The notes beneath the pieces are model-generated. The model ran no database searches and was not told where the DNA came from. It saw only the letters and a program-made list of their open reading frames with translations. A stretch of 64,000 nucleotides of DNA from Candidatus Bathyarchaeota archaeon (lineage in GTDB: Archaea > Thermoproteota > Bathyarchaeia > 40CM-2-53-6), in the NCBI GenBank assembly GCA_963835925.1, contig CAWIHH010000004.1, positions 83,358 to 147,357 of the forward strand, given 5' to 3'. Of the stretch, positions 63,617 through 64,000 are shown piece by piece. Both the position numbers and the translations under genes were made by a program. Numbering within the stretch: position 1 is the first letter of the stretch; each line of letters opens with the position of its first letter.

Positions 63617-64000
63617 ACTTTGGGCAAGCTGGGAGCATACATTCCGATAATGCGTCCAGTGAACTGCCTCATGATGGGTTTTGCGGTAACAGTGGGCGCT
63701 ATACTCGCAAGTACAGGCGCATCAAGCTTTCTTTGGGTGAACCTAATCTATGGTTTCGTGACTGGTTTTACGCTTACAGCAGGATCTATGGCTGCAAACG
63801 ACTTCTACGATAGAAATATTGACGCCATAAATGAGCCGAATCGGCCGATTCCAAGTGGTTTGATTAGACCTGGAGAAGCGTTAGTTTTCGCCTTTATCCT
63901 GGCCCCGATCGGTTTTGGGACTGCATATTTGACAAGTATCTTTTCCCTCTTCATAGCAGTGGTCTCGTGGCTGATCTTCACAGCCTATACGATCGCTGGA
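63617..64000 (+). CDS. UbiA-family prenyltransferase (DGGGP synthase-like), partial at window end
   Basis: Own translation (TTG 63617 or ATG 63650): ...YIPIMRPVNCLMMGFAVTVGAIL...GSMAANDFYDRNIDAINEPNRPIPSG (the NDxxDxxxD motif). This frame differs from the ORF-track entry 63613..63813. Confidence 0.75.

Overview
Archaeal chromosomal window, roughly 50% GC by eye. It best fits a TACK-type (Thermoproteota-like) archaeon. Support: a contiguous cdvA-cdvB-cdvC (ESCRT-III/Vps4) division cluster with two extra cdvB paralogs and Alba; archaeal-type ThrRS, ProRS and ArgRS; 2-oxoacid:ferredoxin oxidoreductase; archaeal lipid genes (geranylgeranyl reductase, UbiA-type prenyltransferase); and tRNAs with encoded CCA, one apparently multi-intron. 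Positions 1-37.7 kb and 58.9-64 kb look like core genome. About 37.7-58.85 kb looks like an accessory island, with a full-length tyrosine integrase at 39032-40291 near its left edge and tRNA-Cys plus a decayed integrase on the right. The island holds an XPB-Bax1 cassette flanked by ~57-bp direct repeats and four secreted, C-terminally anchored enzymes or adhesins. Its most interesting locus is a tightly packed co-directional ORF array (50157-54903) built around a stand-alone Cas1 with a C-terminal HTH (casposase-like architecture). I found no CRISPR array, cas2, cas4 or PolB anywhere in the window. That Cas1 is preceded by an RNase J-derived fragment fused to a wHTH. It is followed by an unknown 254-aa gene, a diverged second copy of the Cas1 HTH tail, and an unknown 494-aa gene. 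A dispersed composite repeat family (GTGTGTG...GGTGCGCACC core plus an ATTTGAACC module) recurs in intergenic spacers, mostly in the accessory part. Caveat: many conserved genes carry frameshifts (proS, GT39, cdvB paralog, permease, NifX-like, bax1, thiI, E1-like, GGR), several at short homopolymers and strongly clustered. Sequence quality must be checked before any pseudogene or fusion claim. All calls rest on my reading of the translations and sequence; no database search was run.
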